The notes under the pieces were generated by a model that was not told the origin of the DNA, made no database searches, and was given only the letters and a program-made list of their open reading frames with translations. 64,000 nucleotides of DNA from Lama glama (lineage: Eukaryota): contig CM052817.1 in NCBI GenBank assembly GCA_028534125.1, positions 17,796,001-17,860,000 on the forward strand, in the 5' to 3' direction. Within the stretch, counting starts at the first letter, position 1. Each line of letters starts with the position of its first letter. Made by a program: the position numbers and the translations under genes. Positions 52,763 to 64,000 of the stretch are shown one piece after another.

Positions 52763-53927
52763 GAAACAGCACAGAAGCCTTCACTTCTGTTATCCCCTGA
52801 ACACCCTACCTAATGATGAGGTGCCTCATTTATTCACATGTACCAAGTCACCCTGTTTTGTTTTCTTCAGAGTCCTTGTTCCCAAACCACTCTGCGTTTA
52901 CTGGTGTCTCTACCTCAACAGCCTAAACCAAGGGACCTGGGCATTGTCCATACTCCATGCGCCTCCAGGTCCTGGAGCTGGGGGGGCCACCCAGCCCTTT
53001 ATTAAAGGGATGGACGTGTGAGCATGGAATCTGGGCTCTCTGGGAGAACAGAGCCGTTCCCAGGCCAAGCAGTCAGGAACGCCCACCTTCCATGGGGCAA
53101 GAATTAGACCGACTACATACCATACCCGACAGAAAACCACAGCTTCTGCCATGAAGAATAGATGATGGAAAGAAATAGATGGGCTTTGTCGGCCTCCGCT
53201 GACCTCTTCGTTGATAGGTTTGAGCCTTCCCGGAAAATCTTTAGAGGCTCTAAACCCAGAAGTTAGAACTTGAAGAATGTCTAGCTGTTGAAGATTAGAG
53301 CTAGCAGTCTGTCGTAGGTCATGCTGGTCTGTATTGTAACTTCGACGTTATATTTAAACATGGGTTTTTATATTTAATAAACAATAGGGCCCTGAGAGAG
53401 TCTCTGGAGCCTTCTGCTAACATTCATCATCTTCCCGAACACATGCTACCGCTTGGACTGGGGAGCTGGCCGAACTCTAAGGGCGGGGTGGACAGGAGAA
53501 GTCCTCATCCATTCAGCTAGAGTTGCCAATCTGTGCTTCCACTTCTACCGAGAAAATGATGGAAGGAAGCAGCTGAGTGGCTTTTGCTGAGCTTGGCTTT
53601 TAGTATTTTGAGCCTTCCTGAAAAATCAGCTACATGTTGGGGCAGCCTCACCCTAGGCTACTAGGAGTATGAAATCAGGAGACCCAGTCTATAAATGCCT
53701 TTCTCATCTGATTGCTGATTCTTGAAATCCTCATAGGAAAGTCTTTCTTTTTGCAAAAAGACAATGTCTTGAAAAGCATATATATTGGGGAGGGGAAAGT
53801 CTGTAATTGAGATTCAGTCTAAGAGGTAAAAGGTTGATCTTAGATTTTTAGGTTGAAAGATTTTGATTTTGACAGAGGAAAAAGGATGGAAGACACATAG
53901 AGGTGGTAGAAAACAGGGAAAGGACGA

Positions 53928-54329
53928 TGCATCAGTCATTGCTGCGTAACAAATCATACATAGCTCAGTGATACATAAAAAACATTTATTTCTTGCTCAA
54001 GTGTCTGTTGATCAACTTGGGTTTGGCTGATCCGTGCTAGGCTCTGCTGGGCTTGGCTCCATCCAAACTGTCGGTAAGGTCCAGACCTGCTCCATGTGTC
54101 TCTCATCCTTCTTGGACTGGCTGCAAATAGGAGGAATAAATGGAAGCACTCTATGTTTCTTCTGTCATAGGCTCAAAACTTACTTTCACTTCCCCACCCC
54201 CAGCTTCCTTTGGCCAAAGCAAGTCACATGGCCAATCCCAGTATCTGTGGGGCAGGGAACAATATGCCTCCTGTAGATGAGCAGGTGGCATCAAGAGAAA
54301 GAATATTTGCTGAACGATAGTCTTCCACA
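53928..54329 (-). mobile_element. Old MLT1 (H/I/J-type) MaLR LTR
   Basis: attgctgcgtaacaaatca...ttggccaaagcaagtcacatggcca...ttccaca. Confidence 0.7.
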
Positions 54330-55089
54330 GGCCTGGGTATTGAAGGCTACTTTGACCATCCTCACAGTAAGCCTCCCATTGCACCAACCTATTCAGTTTT
54401 ATTGGGTCCTCACAGAATTAAGACAGTGAATCTCAAGTGAGGATGAGGGTCTTTAAATCAGATCACCCTCTCATGCACCATCATTTTATTCTGCAAAGGA
54501 GTCTCTTTTCTTCCCCTGGCCAACACTCTCACCTAACTCCAACACTCCATGCTCTACTTTACTTCTTTGGGCCCAAATTGATCACATTCCATTCCTCCCC
54601 TGGATCTTTTTATTCTTGTTTCAGATCCTGGGGGCAGGGGCCAACACCACCACCCTCCCTGACAAAAACCAGCCATTGTCCAGTATACCTGAATTTCTCA
54701 AAATTCCCTCTGTAAAAACAAGAAGTAAGGGGGCCAGGAGCTAGCATTTCTGAGTCATCTTAAAGAGACTGTCTTTCCCACAGGAAATTCAATCATAACA
54801 GTTGTTTCATAGTTAATAAGTGTATGTTAGTGCCGAGTTAAAAGTAAGAAACTGACAGATCAAGACTGACAATGAAGACCTCAACCAATCTTCCTGGCTG
54901 CCCCACAGCCCGCAGGACACATCACCCAGGAGCACTCCTTTCCTTCTTCCCAACTTGGTTCAGCATCTATGTTGTGCTAATCCCTGTGGTGTCCGCTGTG
55001 TGTGCAGCACGTGATCATATTTAATTTCTCTCCTCTCAGTCAATTTCTTGTTCTTCCTCCCCGCCCCCAGCACCTGAGAGCCCCTAAAT

Positions 55090-55208
55090 GCAGTTGCCAG
55101 ATAGAGTGAATAAACACATTACCCAGAACATGCTTATGCTAAAACATTATTCATTGCTTATCTGAAATCAAGATTAAATGGCGTCTTTTATTTCGTCTGG
55201 CAAGCCTC
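55090..55208. mobile_element. MER53-like MITE, internally deleted
   Basis: Inverted ends gttgccaga...tctggcaa with internal cttatgctaaaacattattcattgcttatctgaaatc. Confidence 0.6.
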
Positions 55209-55599
55209 CACCTGGAAGGCTCCCAGGGAAACACCTGCTGAGTTAGGTCTTGGGATTCGTTGGCTCCACCCCAAGGAGTTTTTCATCTGGGCTGGACCCA
55301 CTCGGCTGGCGCTCTTGTTCTCACCTGCCCGTCTCGTTTATTTGGTGGCTATTTTATTATTGCTGCTGCTGCTTCTGTGCTCAAGGAATGGAACTGAAAT
55401 TAGGGCCCAAGAAAGAAAGAGCAGTTGAGGGAGAAGAGACCTAGGAGCAGATATGAAGACTTAACTAACTCTCAGGGATTCTGGGGGTGCCAACCAAGGG
55501 GCATTTATGAGGCTCCATCTTCTTGGACCAGTTTGGGCTGGTTTGGGGCCTTAGGAATGAGAGGGCCCTCTGAACCCTGTATCCTTCTGGGAGGGGAGG

Positions 55600-55976
55600 T
55601 ATATTAGTCAGCTAGGGCTGCGTAAAAAAATACCAAAGATTGGAGGACTTAAACAGCAGATTTTTGTTTTCCCACCACTCAGAAGTCCAAGATGAGCAGA
55701 GCTGATTTCCTCTGAGACTTCTCCTTGGTTTGGGGATGGGCTACCTCTTCACACAATTGTCTCTCTGTGCACATGTATCCCTAGTGTCTCTCTGAGTATC
55801 CAAGTTCCTCCTCTTATAAGGACATCAGTCAGATCGGATTAGGGCCCACCCTCACAGCCTCATTTTAACTTAATTACCTCTTTAGAGGCCCTATCTCCAT
55901 GTAGTCACATTCTGAGATGCTGGAGGTCGGGGCCTCAATGTAGGAATTTTAAAGGGACACAGTTTAGCCCATAACA
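55600..55976 (-). mobile_element. MLT1A/B-type MaLR solo LTR with perfect 5-bp TSD
   Basis: tatattagtcagctagggctgc...agcccataaca; TSD GGAGG at 55595-55599 and 55977-55981. Confidence 0.88.
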
Positions 55977-56537
55977 GGAGGCACATTGGACCCACAGTCC
56001 CTTACAGCTGAATGCTGCAGTGTATCAAGTGGTCTGTTCACTCAACAAAGCCAAAGGCACAGCACGTTTGGAAATTAAGACCCTGACCTTGTGAGGCCAA
56101 GCTTAACTGAAGCCACTGGCTAGTCCTGATGGAAGACACGTTAATATCACAAGTCCCAGGATCACAGATTATTAGTCCTCAAATGGAGCTAAATTAATGG
56201 TTTTCAAATCATGTTCTGTGGAACACAAGGGGTTCCACCACGATTTGAAGGAAGTATCTCAAAGCCCCCATTCCTTCATCTCTTTCCCATTTGGGCTTCC
56301 ATAAAGAATTGCTTGGGGGGAAAAAGAGGTTCCTCTGTGTTAAAAGTTTTAAACCACTCATCTAGTCTAATACTTTATCTTATAGATGAAGGATGCATTT
56401 ATCAAACATGTTTTGAACACCTTTGTATATGATCTTCTGTGCTAGATTCAGGGTTGTTTGCTAATGAAGCATAAGGTAGCAAAAATTGACCAATAAACCC
56501 AGAAACCCCAAGCAAACTTCTCCTTATATTGCATTGG

Positions 56538-56877
56538 TGTCTTAGTCCATTCAGGCTGCTATAACAAAATACCACAGACTGGGTGGCTTAAACCACAACC
56601 ATTTCTCACAGTTCTGAGGCTGGAGGTCCAAGGTCAAAGAACTGGCAGATTTGGTATCTGATGAGAGCTTGCTTCCTGGTTCATAGATGGTCATCTTTGT
56701 GCTGTGTCCTCATGTGGTGGGAGGGGTGAGGGAGCTCTCTGGGGCCTCTTTCACTAGGGAACTAATCCCATTCTTAAGGACACAACCTTCATAACCTAAT
56801 CACCTCCCAAAGACCTCACCATCACATTGGGCGTTAGATTTCAACATACGAATTTCACAAACATTCTGTCCATGGTG
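56538..56877 (-). mobile_element. MLT1A0-type MaLR solo LTR
   Basis: tgtcttagtccattcaggctgctataacaaaataccacagactgggtggctta...; TSD attgg/atggg. Confidence 0.88.
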
Positions 56878-56889
56878 ATGGGCTAGAAC

Positions 56890-57182
56890 CAGTGGTGTGT
56901 TGCTTGTACTCAAAATACATCACTTCCTAATTATTTTACTACCCTTAGCTGTTACTCATGCCCTGGAGGTTATTTATGTCTGCGGTCTTGGCGTGGTGGT
57001 GGAATTCCTACAAAATGCTGTGTTGCTGTACAACCCTTCCAAGCTCTGAGTTCAACAATGTCACACTGGCAGCTTGAAATTGGCCATAGTGGGGGTATTT
57101 ACACCATGGAAATCAGCAAACTTGCTGCAAATTAAGGCCTTTTTTTTTTTTTAACTGGAGGGTCCATTGTTAAATATCACTG
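56890..57182. mobile_element. MER63-like hAT-Blackjack element
   Basis: cagtggtgtg...agcttgaaattggccatagtgggggtatttacaccatggaaatcagcaaa...cactg; degenerate 8-bp TSD gctagaac/gccagaaa. Confidence 0.75.
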
Positions 57183-60100
57183 GCCAGAAATGGGACACAC
57201 ACTTACGTCTAAACCAATAACTGGCAAAAAGGTGTAAGATTGTCCTGTCTGACACAGACCCACCATGATTTACCCCTTGGACCTGGACTTTCCCCCTGCA
57301 CATAATGCCAATACCTGTATAAGACAGGACTTCATTAGCAAGCAGTGATGAGTAAGGTGCAGGGAAACGAGCTTTTATTAGGCAATTAGACTTATACAAA
57401 GTCAGTGTTTTGGGAGCTCAGAAGAGGGGGAAATCCTTTCCAACAGAGGATTTTGGGCATTTTATGGAGAAGATAACATGTGAGCTGAGCCATGAAGAAG
57501 AACAGGGTTTTAGCAGGAAGATCTAAAAAGAAAAGGAGAAGATCGCAATTTGAAGGAGGCGTGGATGCGAGGCAGTGCTCGGGGGACAGCAGATCGCTGT
57601 GCTGTGAAAGGAAGAGGACGCGGACTGACAGGGAAGAAGATGAACTCTCGGCTGCTGAGGACTTTGAAGGCACGCTAAGGAAGTGGGGTTTTCAGGCAGT
57701 GGGGAGCCACGGAGAATTCCTGGACAGAGAGGGAGAAGCTCCATGTTCTCCAGTACTTCCTGATACCACCTTTCCAAAAATGAGCCAGATTTTCAGCCTG
57801 AGACTCTGAGACAACGAGGGTCCCACTAGCAGGCAGTGAAGTGGTGTGAGATGTGACAGATCGTTCCCGTTCAGATACAACAAGTCTGGGGCTGTGGGAA
57901 CATCCTGACATCCTCGTGACAGCCTGCGGGTAATAATAATCTGCAAATTTCACCGGGGAAGGGTGAAAAGTAACAGGCGAAGGGGCAGACCAGGAAGCTT
58001 TCCACCCGAGGCTGATGGATAAGTTGGCCTGTATTTGTCTCCTCTCTGATTATTCTGAGAAAACAGATCTACCTTAATAATGTTGATAAATCGTCCAAGA
58101 GGTGAAAGCTCATTGACTGATATTATCTCTTGGTTTCCTCATGAAGTGGCAGAGTGTATTTATCTTCCTTCTAAAAATAAACATAGGGACAGAAGCATCC
58201 AAGACACCAGTGCAGAAGGCCAGCTTTCAAATCTCCCACGTTCAGGGAGCTCAGAGTGAGGACCAAACGTCCCTGGGAGGAGGGGCAGTGTGGGCGTAGA
58301 GACGGGATTTCTCACCTTTCTGGTTGTTACAGCACCAGGACTGGAAACTGTGAAGCGTCGTAGGAAAGGAAATCACCAGCTATCGATTACTTAGATTCCT
58401 ACCAGCAGCCTGGTGGCATTAGAATGGGGCCCGATCTGTCCCTGCCGCTCAGCAGCTGACCTTGTATACAATGCTGCTTCCTCTGAGCCTCAACTTCTCC
58501 GCCTCTGAAATGTGGAAAATGACGCTACACACGTTGTTTTGAGACTTAAATAAGAAACCATATGCTGTTTCATGAGTAACCTTCTCAGGGGCTTCCCAGG
58601 TGAAACCTGAAACTGGCCTCCTGGGTGGAGGGCAGGGAGACACGGAAGACAGGCAGCCCCTCCAGACTGGCCGGTGGCAGGTATAACAAGCAAGGGAACT
58701 TTCCCGGGCGGCGGTAAGAGGAGTAGGTCCCCAGGCCCGCCCACTAGACTCAGAAATTTACACAGAGCACTCACCTGGGTTCAGTCCCCTGCACAGCTCA
58801 GCAGCCTCAGCACCACGTTCCCACCTCAAAGCTGTACCCTTGGAGCAGCTCCTGCGAGTGGGGAAGGCAAGTGTTAAGCACATTCCAAGGATGGAAGAGG
58901 GGAAGGGGAGCCTCCAATTACCCAGGTCCAGCTCAGGGGTCAACGGCAGAAACGGCTTTTTAACATCCTCCTCTAACCCCACATGCTCCGGACAGTCATC
59001 CATCCTTCTGTGAGAGTTTATTGGCTCCTGCCGTCACCAGCAACTTGCCTGATGCATGAAGCAGGCTTTACTGAATGTTGGTACCCCTCTCAGGCCAAAT
59101 TTGGTTTTGGAGTGGATTTTTATGCCTACATTTCAATGAAAATGGGGCTCATGTTCCAGGGACTAGTTTCCCACAAGGTGCTCTGGGCAGCTGTGACCTA
59201 GAAGGGGCTGAGAGCTTGCAGACTCCTCTCTGAGACCTTTCTTTTCTCACCCTGATTCCCTTCTCTTAGAGGTTCCCTGAAGATCAAGCCCTCTTCAGAG
59301 GTGGTTCTCTGCTTGGGAGCTTCTCTGATTGCAAAGATGACAGGAAGCCAATGAAACTAAAGGAGAATGTGGAATAATAAAAGCACATAGCCAATTCTGA
59401 CCCACGGAGTCCCATGGTACCAGAGATGGAGCGACAACCCCTCATGCTGAACAAGGGAACTGATACTCAGAGAGGGTGCGTGACTTGCCTGGAACCACAC
59501 AGCAAGTCAGCGACAGGGCTAAGACTGGGACACAGATTTCTGGACTTGGGGTCCAAGGTACATCCTCTTTACCCACAGAGGAGGTGCTTGCGGTCAGCAA
59601 ACTTGAAAGCAGGATTTGCCGGACTTCATGTACAGCGTAGAGAGTTGGAAACGGTGTGGCTGTTCAGCCAGCTTCACCTCTTGTCAGGAGCCCTCCGCAC
59701 TCTGCACAGGATGCCTCTGGTTAGGATGGTGCCATCTCCCAGGGGACCCAGAAAAGCCAGCACTGAAGCAGGACTCCATTCAAACATACTCGCCCGTTCA
59801 CTCTGTCGTTCACACCCAAACACGTCCTGAGCCCCTGTTATGTGCTACGCACAAGGGTGGGTGCTGGACAATTTATCCTTGTCTGACCTCTCTTCTTGGG
59901 CAAGAAGGAGGATCTGAAATTCCTCCGAGGCCAGGCTCCTCAGAGCTGGGGTCGGGTATAGGGTTGTGGGGCTGGCCCTCGGCTGTGGCAGCAGGTGTAG
60001 GCAAGCTGGAATCTGTGTTTCACTTAAGGGTGACTCAGAAGCTGGAGGGGCCAGAGGGACCCAAATCGAGGAAGCACCTTGGCTGGAGCTGAGAGCCAGC

Positions 60101-60364
60101 CACAGGGCTCAGATGTAGGGCAGGTCGGGGAGGGCTCTTAAGGATGCTCAGAGGCTGTCCCAGGGGAGTCCTGCCGGAGAGCAGACAGGTGTGGGGGGGG
60201 CAGCTCAGGGCACCACGTGGGCTTTGATAATACCTATCAGCCCTAATGAGGACTTGAGCTTGGATGAGGTGCTGACGGTTCTCACTATTCTTAAAGGGAA
60301 TGAGGGCGGAAAGGAGCAAAACCGAGGGATATTATAGACCAGTGGTTAACATCCCTTCCTCTCT

Positions 60365-60620
60365 TTAAAATTTTGTTAGAAACAATGTTAAATTTACCAT
60401 CTTAACCATTTTTTAAGTGTACAGTTCAGTAGCGTTAAGTGTATTTACATAGTCGGGCAAGCGATCTCTAGAAATTTTTCATCTCGAAACACTGAAACTC
60501 TATATTCACTAAACACTAAGTCCCCAGCCTTGGAAGTCATCTTTCTACATTTGGTTTCTATAATTTTTGACAATTTTAGATATTTCATAGGAGTGGAATC
60601 ATACAGTATTTGTCCTTTTC
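60365..60620 (-). mobile_element. L1MA/MB-type LINE-1 3' end
   Basis: aaatttaccatcttaaccatttttaagtgtacagttcagtag...gagtggaatcatacagtatttgtcctttt. Confidence 0.85.
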
Positions 60621-61530
60621 CCCTGTCCTTAAAAAAAAAAATCTGTCTTAGCATCGTTCACAGGCACAACAGCTTCCCATGGGGAACACCTCAGATTATA
60701 TGCACTCATGCACTCACACCCCCAGGGGAGGGAGAGAGGGTCGCCAGTGCTCACACAGCCAGGTCTGGGGTGGGGATACACACAGAGTTGGAAAAAGCCC
60801 CCCAGATATTCTGGAACTCCCCCAAGAGCTTACCCCCTGCTGTGGCCAGAAAGAGAGTTCCCCAAAGCACAGGAGCGGAACAGGAGTCAGTCATGACATT
60901 TATTGAGACTCATGGTGTACAGAGTACCGGGCAAAACACTGGAAGGGTCGACAGCTCCAGTCACTCGTCTCGTGATTACATTTTACGTGCATGGATAAAA
61001 TACAGACATGAACACGTATAACCAGCATCTAGACACATGCATTCCTTATTCACTAGTACAAATTTAATATGAGCGTTAGCTGCAGTAACTGGGGCATGAG
61101 AAGCCATTGAAGCACATGGGTTAAGTAAAGATCAAAGATACATTTCACCCTGGAGAGGCGTGGAAGCTACCAAAAGATACTAGAAAACACCAGGAATGTG
61201 GTGAATCTGTTTTCTTAACTCTATTGGTCACTTTATTTCAGATTTAAGTTAATAATTCAGTTTAGCATGAAATAAAGGCTTTTGACTCAACAAAGTACTA
61301 GAATAGCTTTATGTTAAAAAAAAAATTCTTTTAAAGCAAAATCACTCTGTGGATAGTACGATTTCCAAAGGTCAGGCACAGATTCTGAAGTTAACAGCAT
61401 TTTTCTTTTTCTTTTTTTTAAAGCTTCCATTACGTGAAAGACTTTCCAATAAATTTAGTGAACAGAGGCATGTTATTGCTCTATATTTGGGAAGGCTTGT
61501 TTATATCCTTACATGCTTTTAAAATTAAAG

Positions 61531-61668
61531 TAGGATTGCCAGATAAAATACAAGATGTATTTTAGTGCATGGGACATACTCATACTAAAACAAAATTATT
61601 AGTTGTTTATTTGAAAGTAGAATTTAACTGAACATCCTGTATTTTATTTGCTAAATCTGGCAACCCTA
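61531..61668. mobile_element. MER53 palindromic MITE, left arm partly deleted
   Basis: TIRs taggattgccagat and atctggcaacccta; internal gcatgggacatactcatactaaaa. Confidence 0.8.
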
Positions 61669-62317
61669 TTTTTAGGTTAATGTAATGTTTGGCATTTCCA
61701 GAGGTTCCCAATATTGGGAGGGGGACCACATTTTTCTTCATTTATATGCTGACACTGTCAGAGGGGAAGGCTTTTTCTTTTGGTAGAAAAATTGTAGGTT
61801 TTGTAGGATTTACTCAAATATTGGAGACATTTTCATTTCTTACACCTTTTATCTATCCCATTTTAGCAGTGCACATTTTAGTTGGTTGAATTTTTCCCTT
61901 GAAATTTTTGACTGAGATGACTGGTTATAAACAGTAAAAGTAGACTACAATCTTAGGAACAAAAAAAACTAACACCTGGCTTGAAAATCCCCTATAATAA
62001 ATAGTCACAGCTTCAATAATTTCTTCTCTGTTAGCACATGGCTCTTCCACCGCTCCCCCCACCAAAAAAACCCCACAAATGGTGACACTTGCATCTTGTT
62101 AAATTATACAACATCATTTCCCCTCTTCATGATCATTTCTTGCCACTATTCTGCCCCTTCCCCCTTCCATATGGATATGTTTGAGAATTGAAATCACCAG
62201 CACTTGTGCTTAACAAAGAATATCAGTCAGGCATGGATCAATGGGTGGTTGTGGACACATGAAAACAGGAAAAAGAAAAGCTCATTTCCCAGACACTTGG
62301 AGGCATGAAAACTATGA

Positions 62318-62371
62318 AAGAGAGAGACAAAGACAGAGACAGAGAGACAGAGATGGAGAGACAGAGAGAGA
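62318..62371. repeat. GA/GACA-rich simple repeat
   Basis: agagagagacaaagacagagacagagagacagagatggagagacagagagag. Confidence 0.85.
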
Positions 62372-63748
62372 AGGGGGTGCTGGTAGACTGGACTGACACA
62401 TTCTATTCTAGAAATGCACTTACTGGTATCTAAATGCACAGCTCATGTCTTATTTTAAATTGAGATTTCTACATTGGAGGAGAGAGATTTCAACACTAAT
62501 TCTGCAAAGAAAAGAAGTTCACATGAAACTCCAACTGTTGTAGAGGAATGTGGAACGATAACACTGTGAATTCCAACCTCCATTCACTGTTCTTTTTTGA
62601 AGCACACCAAAGAGTATACTTACATGGAAAGAACATACTTCTTTGTTCTTTTTACACATAACCATAAAATTATGACAATTATTAACAAACACACAGATTG
62701 TATTTAAAAGGCATAGACAAAGTTGACATTCAAAAGCTATTTGTTAACTGAGTCCAAGTATGCCAGTTTTTATTCTGGCCCGATTCCACGTGTTTCCATC
62801 TTGGCCAGGTACACCTAGGGTACACTTCTCCTTTGTACCTGGAGGCCTTTCCAGAAAAGATGGTAAGTGTAAGAAATTAAGTTGCAGCAAAGAAGCCATG
62901 GGCTATAATATCACCATATAAAGGTGGAGTTAAGTAATATATATTATTAAAATAAGAAAAACATTTCTATGCCCCTTCTGGCATTTAACATTCCTTGTGC
63001 TAAGACAGCATTCCTTCTAGCTACTTGCTATATACCTTTTTGTTTTTCAGAAATATAAGTTCCAAATTCCATCTTTGAGATGATGTTCCGTATGCTCTTC
63101 TGATGACAACATAAACTTGTGTCTCTGAATGTCCTTGACCGACCTCAAGGAGAACAAGCCAGGTTCTTCTCTTTCTACAGAAAATGGCCAGAAGAGGGTT
63201 TGCTTCCTGTTCCTGTTTGTGGTCCTGACGAGGTGGGTGGCTACCAAATGTACAGGAGAGTGATGGACTCCCCAGGGGCAAAGCAGCCTCCACAGTTCTG
63301 CATCCACAGAAGTAGCAGAGCACAGAAGCTTGTCTCTGTGGGGAATGAGAGCCCACTTTGGATGTGCCGGAACCTTCTAAAGCTCAGGAGGGTCCACATC
63401 CCTCTTTGAACACGTGCTTGGCAATTACAGCAGCAGCAGCAGCAGGAGCCCTGCTGGACACCTGTTACTGGCCTGCTGAGGTTTTTCTGATGGTGAATGT
63501 TATTGAAAATGTCCTGCTAGGAACTAAGGTGGGGCCTTAGCCATGGCCGCAACCTGGAAGTCTTCCCCTGGAACCCGGATGAAGGATGCCAGGTGGACTT
63601 GTCTTGTTAAGTTGTTCCCGCTGGGAATGGTGCCTTCCTTCTCCTCCACTTCCTGCCGCCTCCTCCTCCGGCTTTCTTCTTTCCCTCCTTCTCTGCTTTC
63701 TCCCTCAGCCCCCGCTCCATCCTTCCGCCCCGGCTGCCGGGGCGCAGC

Positions 63749-64000
63749 TCACGGGGGCGGGGCAGAGGCGCTCGCGTGGCCGTGGCCGTACGAGCACCTG
63801 GACAGAGAGGCCCGCGTGGTCCTGCTTTCCGCCTCCTCCCCCGCGTCGCCTCTCGCTCCTGGAGGACCGGGGTTGGGGCAGCAGGGGAAGGTGGCCATGA
63901 AGCCGAGGCGGAACCGTTTGTTCATGAAGCAGTAGATGATGGGGTTGACGCAGGAGGAGGTGTAGGAGAGCAGGAGGATGAAGGAGATGGGGGTCCCGGA
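63749..64000 (-). CDS. CCKAR: Cholecystokinin A receptor, end of last coding exon (TM7, helix 8 and C-tail); continues beyond the window
   Basis: The - strand reads SGTPISFILLLSYTSSCVNPIIYCFMNKRFRLGFMATFPCCPNPGPPGARGDAGEEAESRTTRASLSRCSYGHGHASASAPPP*. It has the NPxxY motif, stop TGA at 63751-63749, and known RBPJ-CCKAR synteny. Confidence 0.97.
   Translation of the reverse strand, partial: SGTPISFILLLSYTSSCVNPIIYCFMNKRFRLGFMATFPCCPNPGPPGARGDAGEEAESRTTRASLSRCSYGHGHASASAPPP

Noticed and set aside
59414..61021. Longer ORFs of 138, 158 and 163 aa as novel genes
   Set aside because: They show no recognisable domains, partly overlap MIR and L1 relics, and the two longest start at TTG. Such ORFs are expected by chance in GC-richer DNA.
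63543..63935. 130-aa plus-strand ORF antisense to CCKAR
   Set aside because: It is a low-complexity shadow ORF of a GC-rich coding exon and UTR with no independent support.

Overview
This is eukaryotic (mammalian) genomic DNA, very likely from a camelid (camel, alpaca or llama), because it carries four copies of a tRNA-derived SINE matching the camelid Vic-1 type. The + strand holds the last nine coding exons of RBPJ (CSL/Su(H), the Notch effector) at 10577-33169. All introns are GT-AG with consistent phases, giving an intact 467-aa C-terminal portion, followed by a ~3.9 kb 3' UTR ending near AATAAA at 37035-37044. The - strand holds the end of the last coding exon of CCKAR (63749-64000), converging on RBPJ. 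The rest is intronic or intergenic and filled with L1, L2, MIR, hAT/Tigger MITEs, MaLR and ERV1 solo LTRs. I found no convincing new protein-coding system. The most unusual items are small: a tailless retroposed 5' half of tRNA-Lys(CUU) with a perfect 16-bp TSD, a SINE/L1-stub nest that creates a candidate poison exon in RBPJ, a strong CTCF motif between the two genes, and a duplicated Gly-His plus extra Cys in the CCKAR tail. Repeat family names and orthologue comparisons are from memory and need RepeatMasker/Dfam or alignment confirmation.
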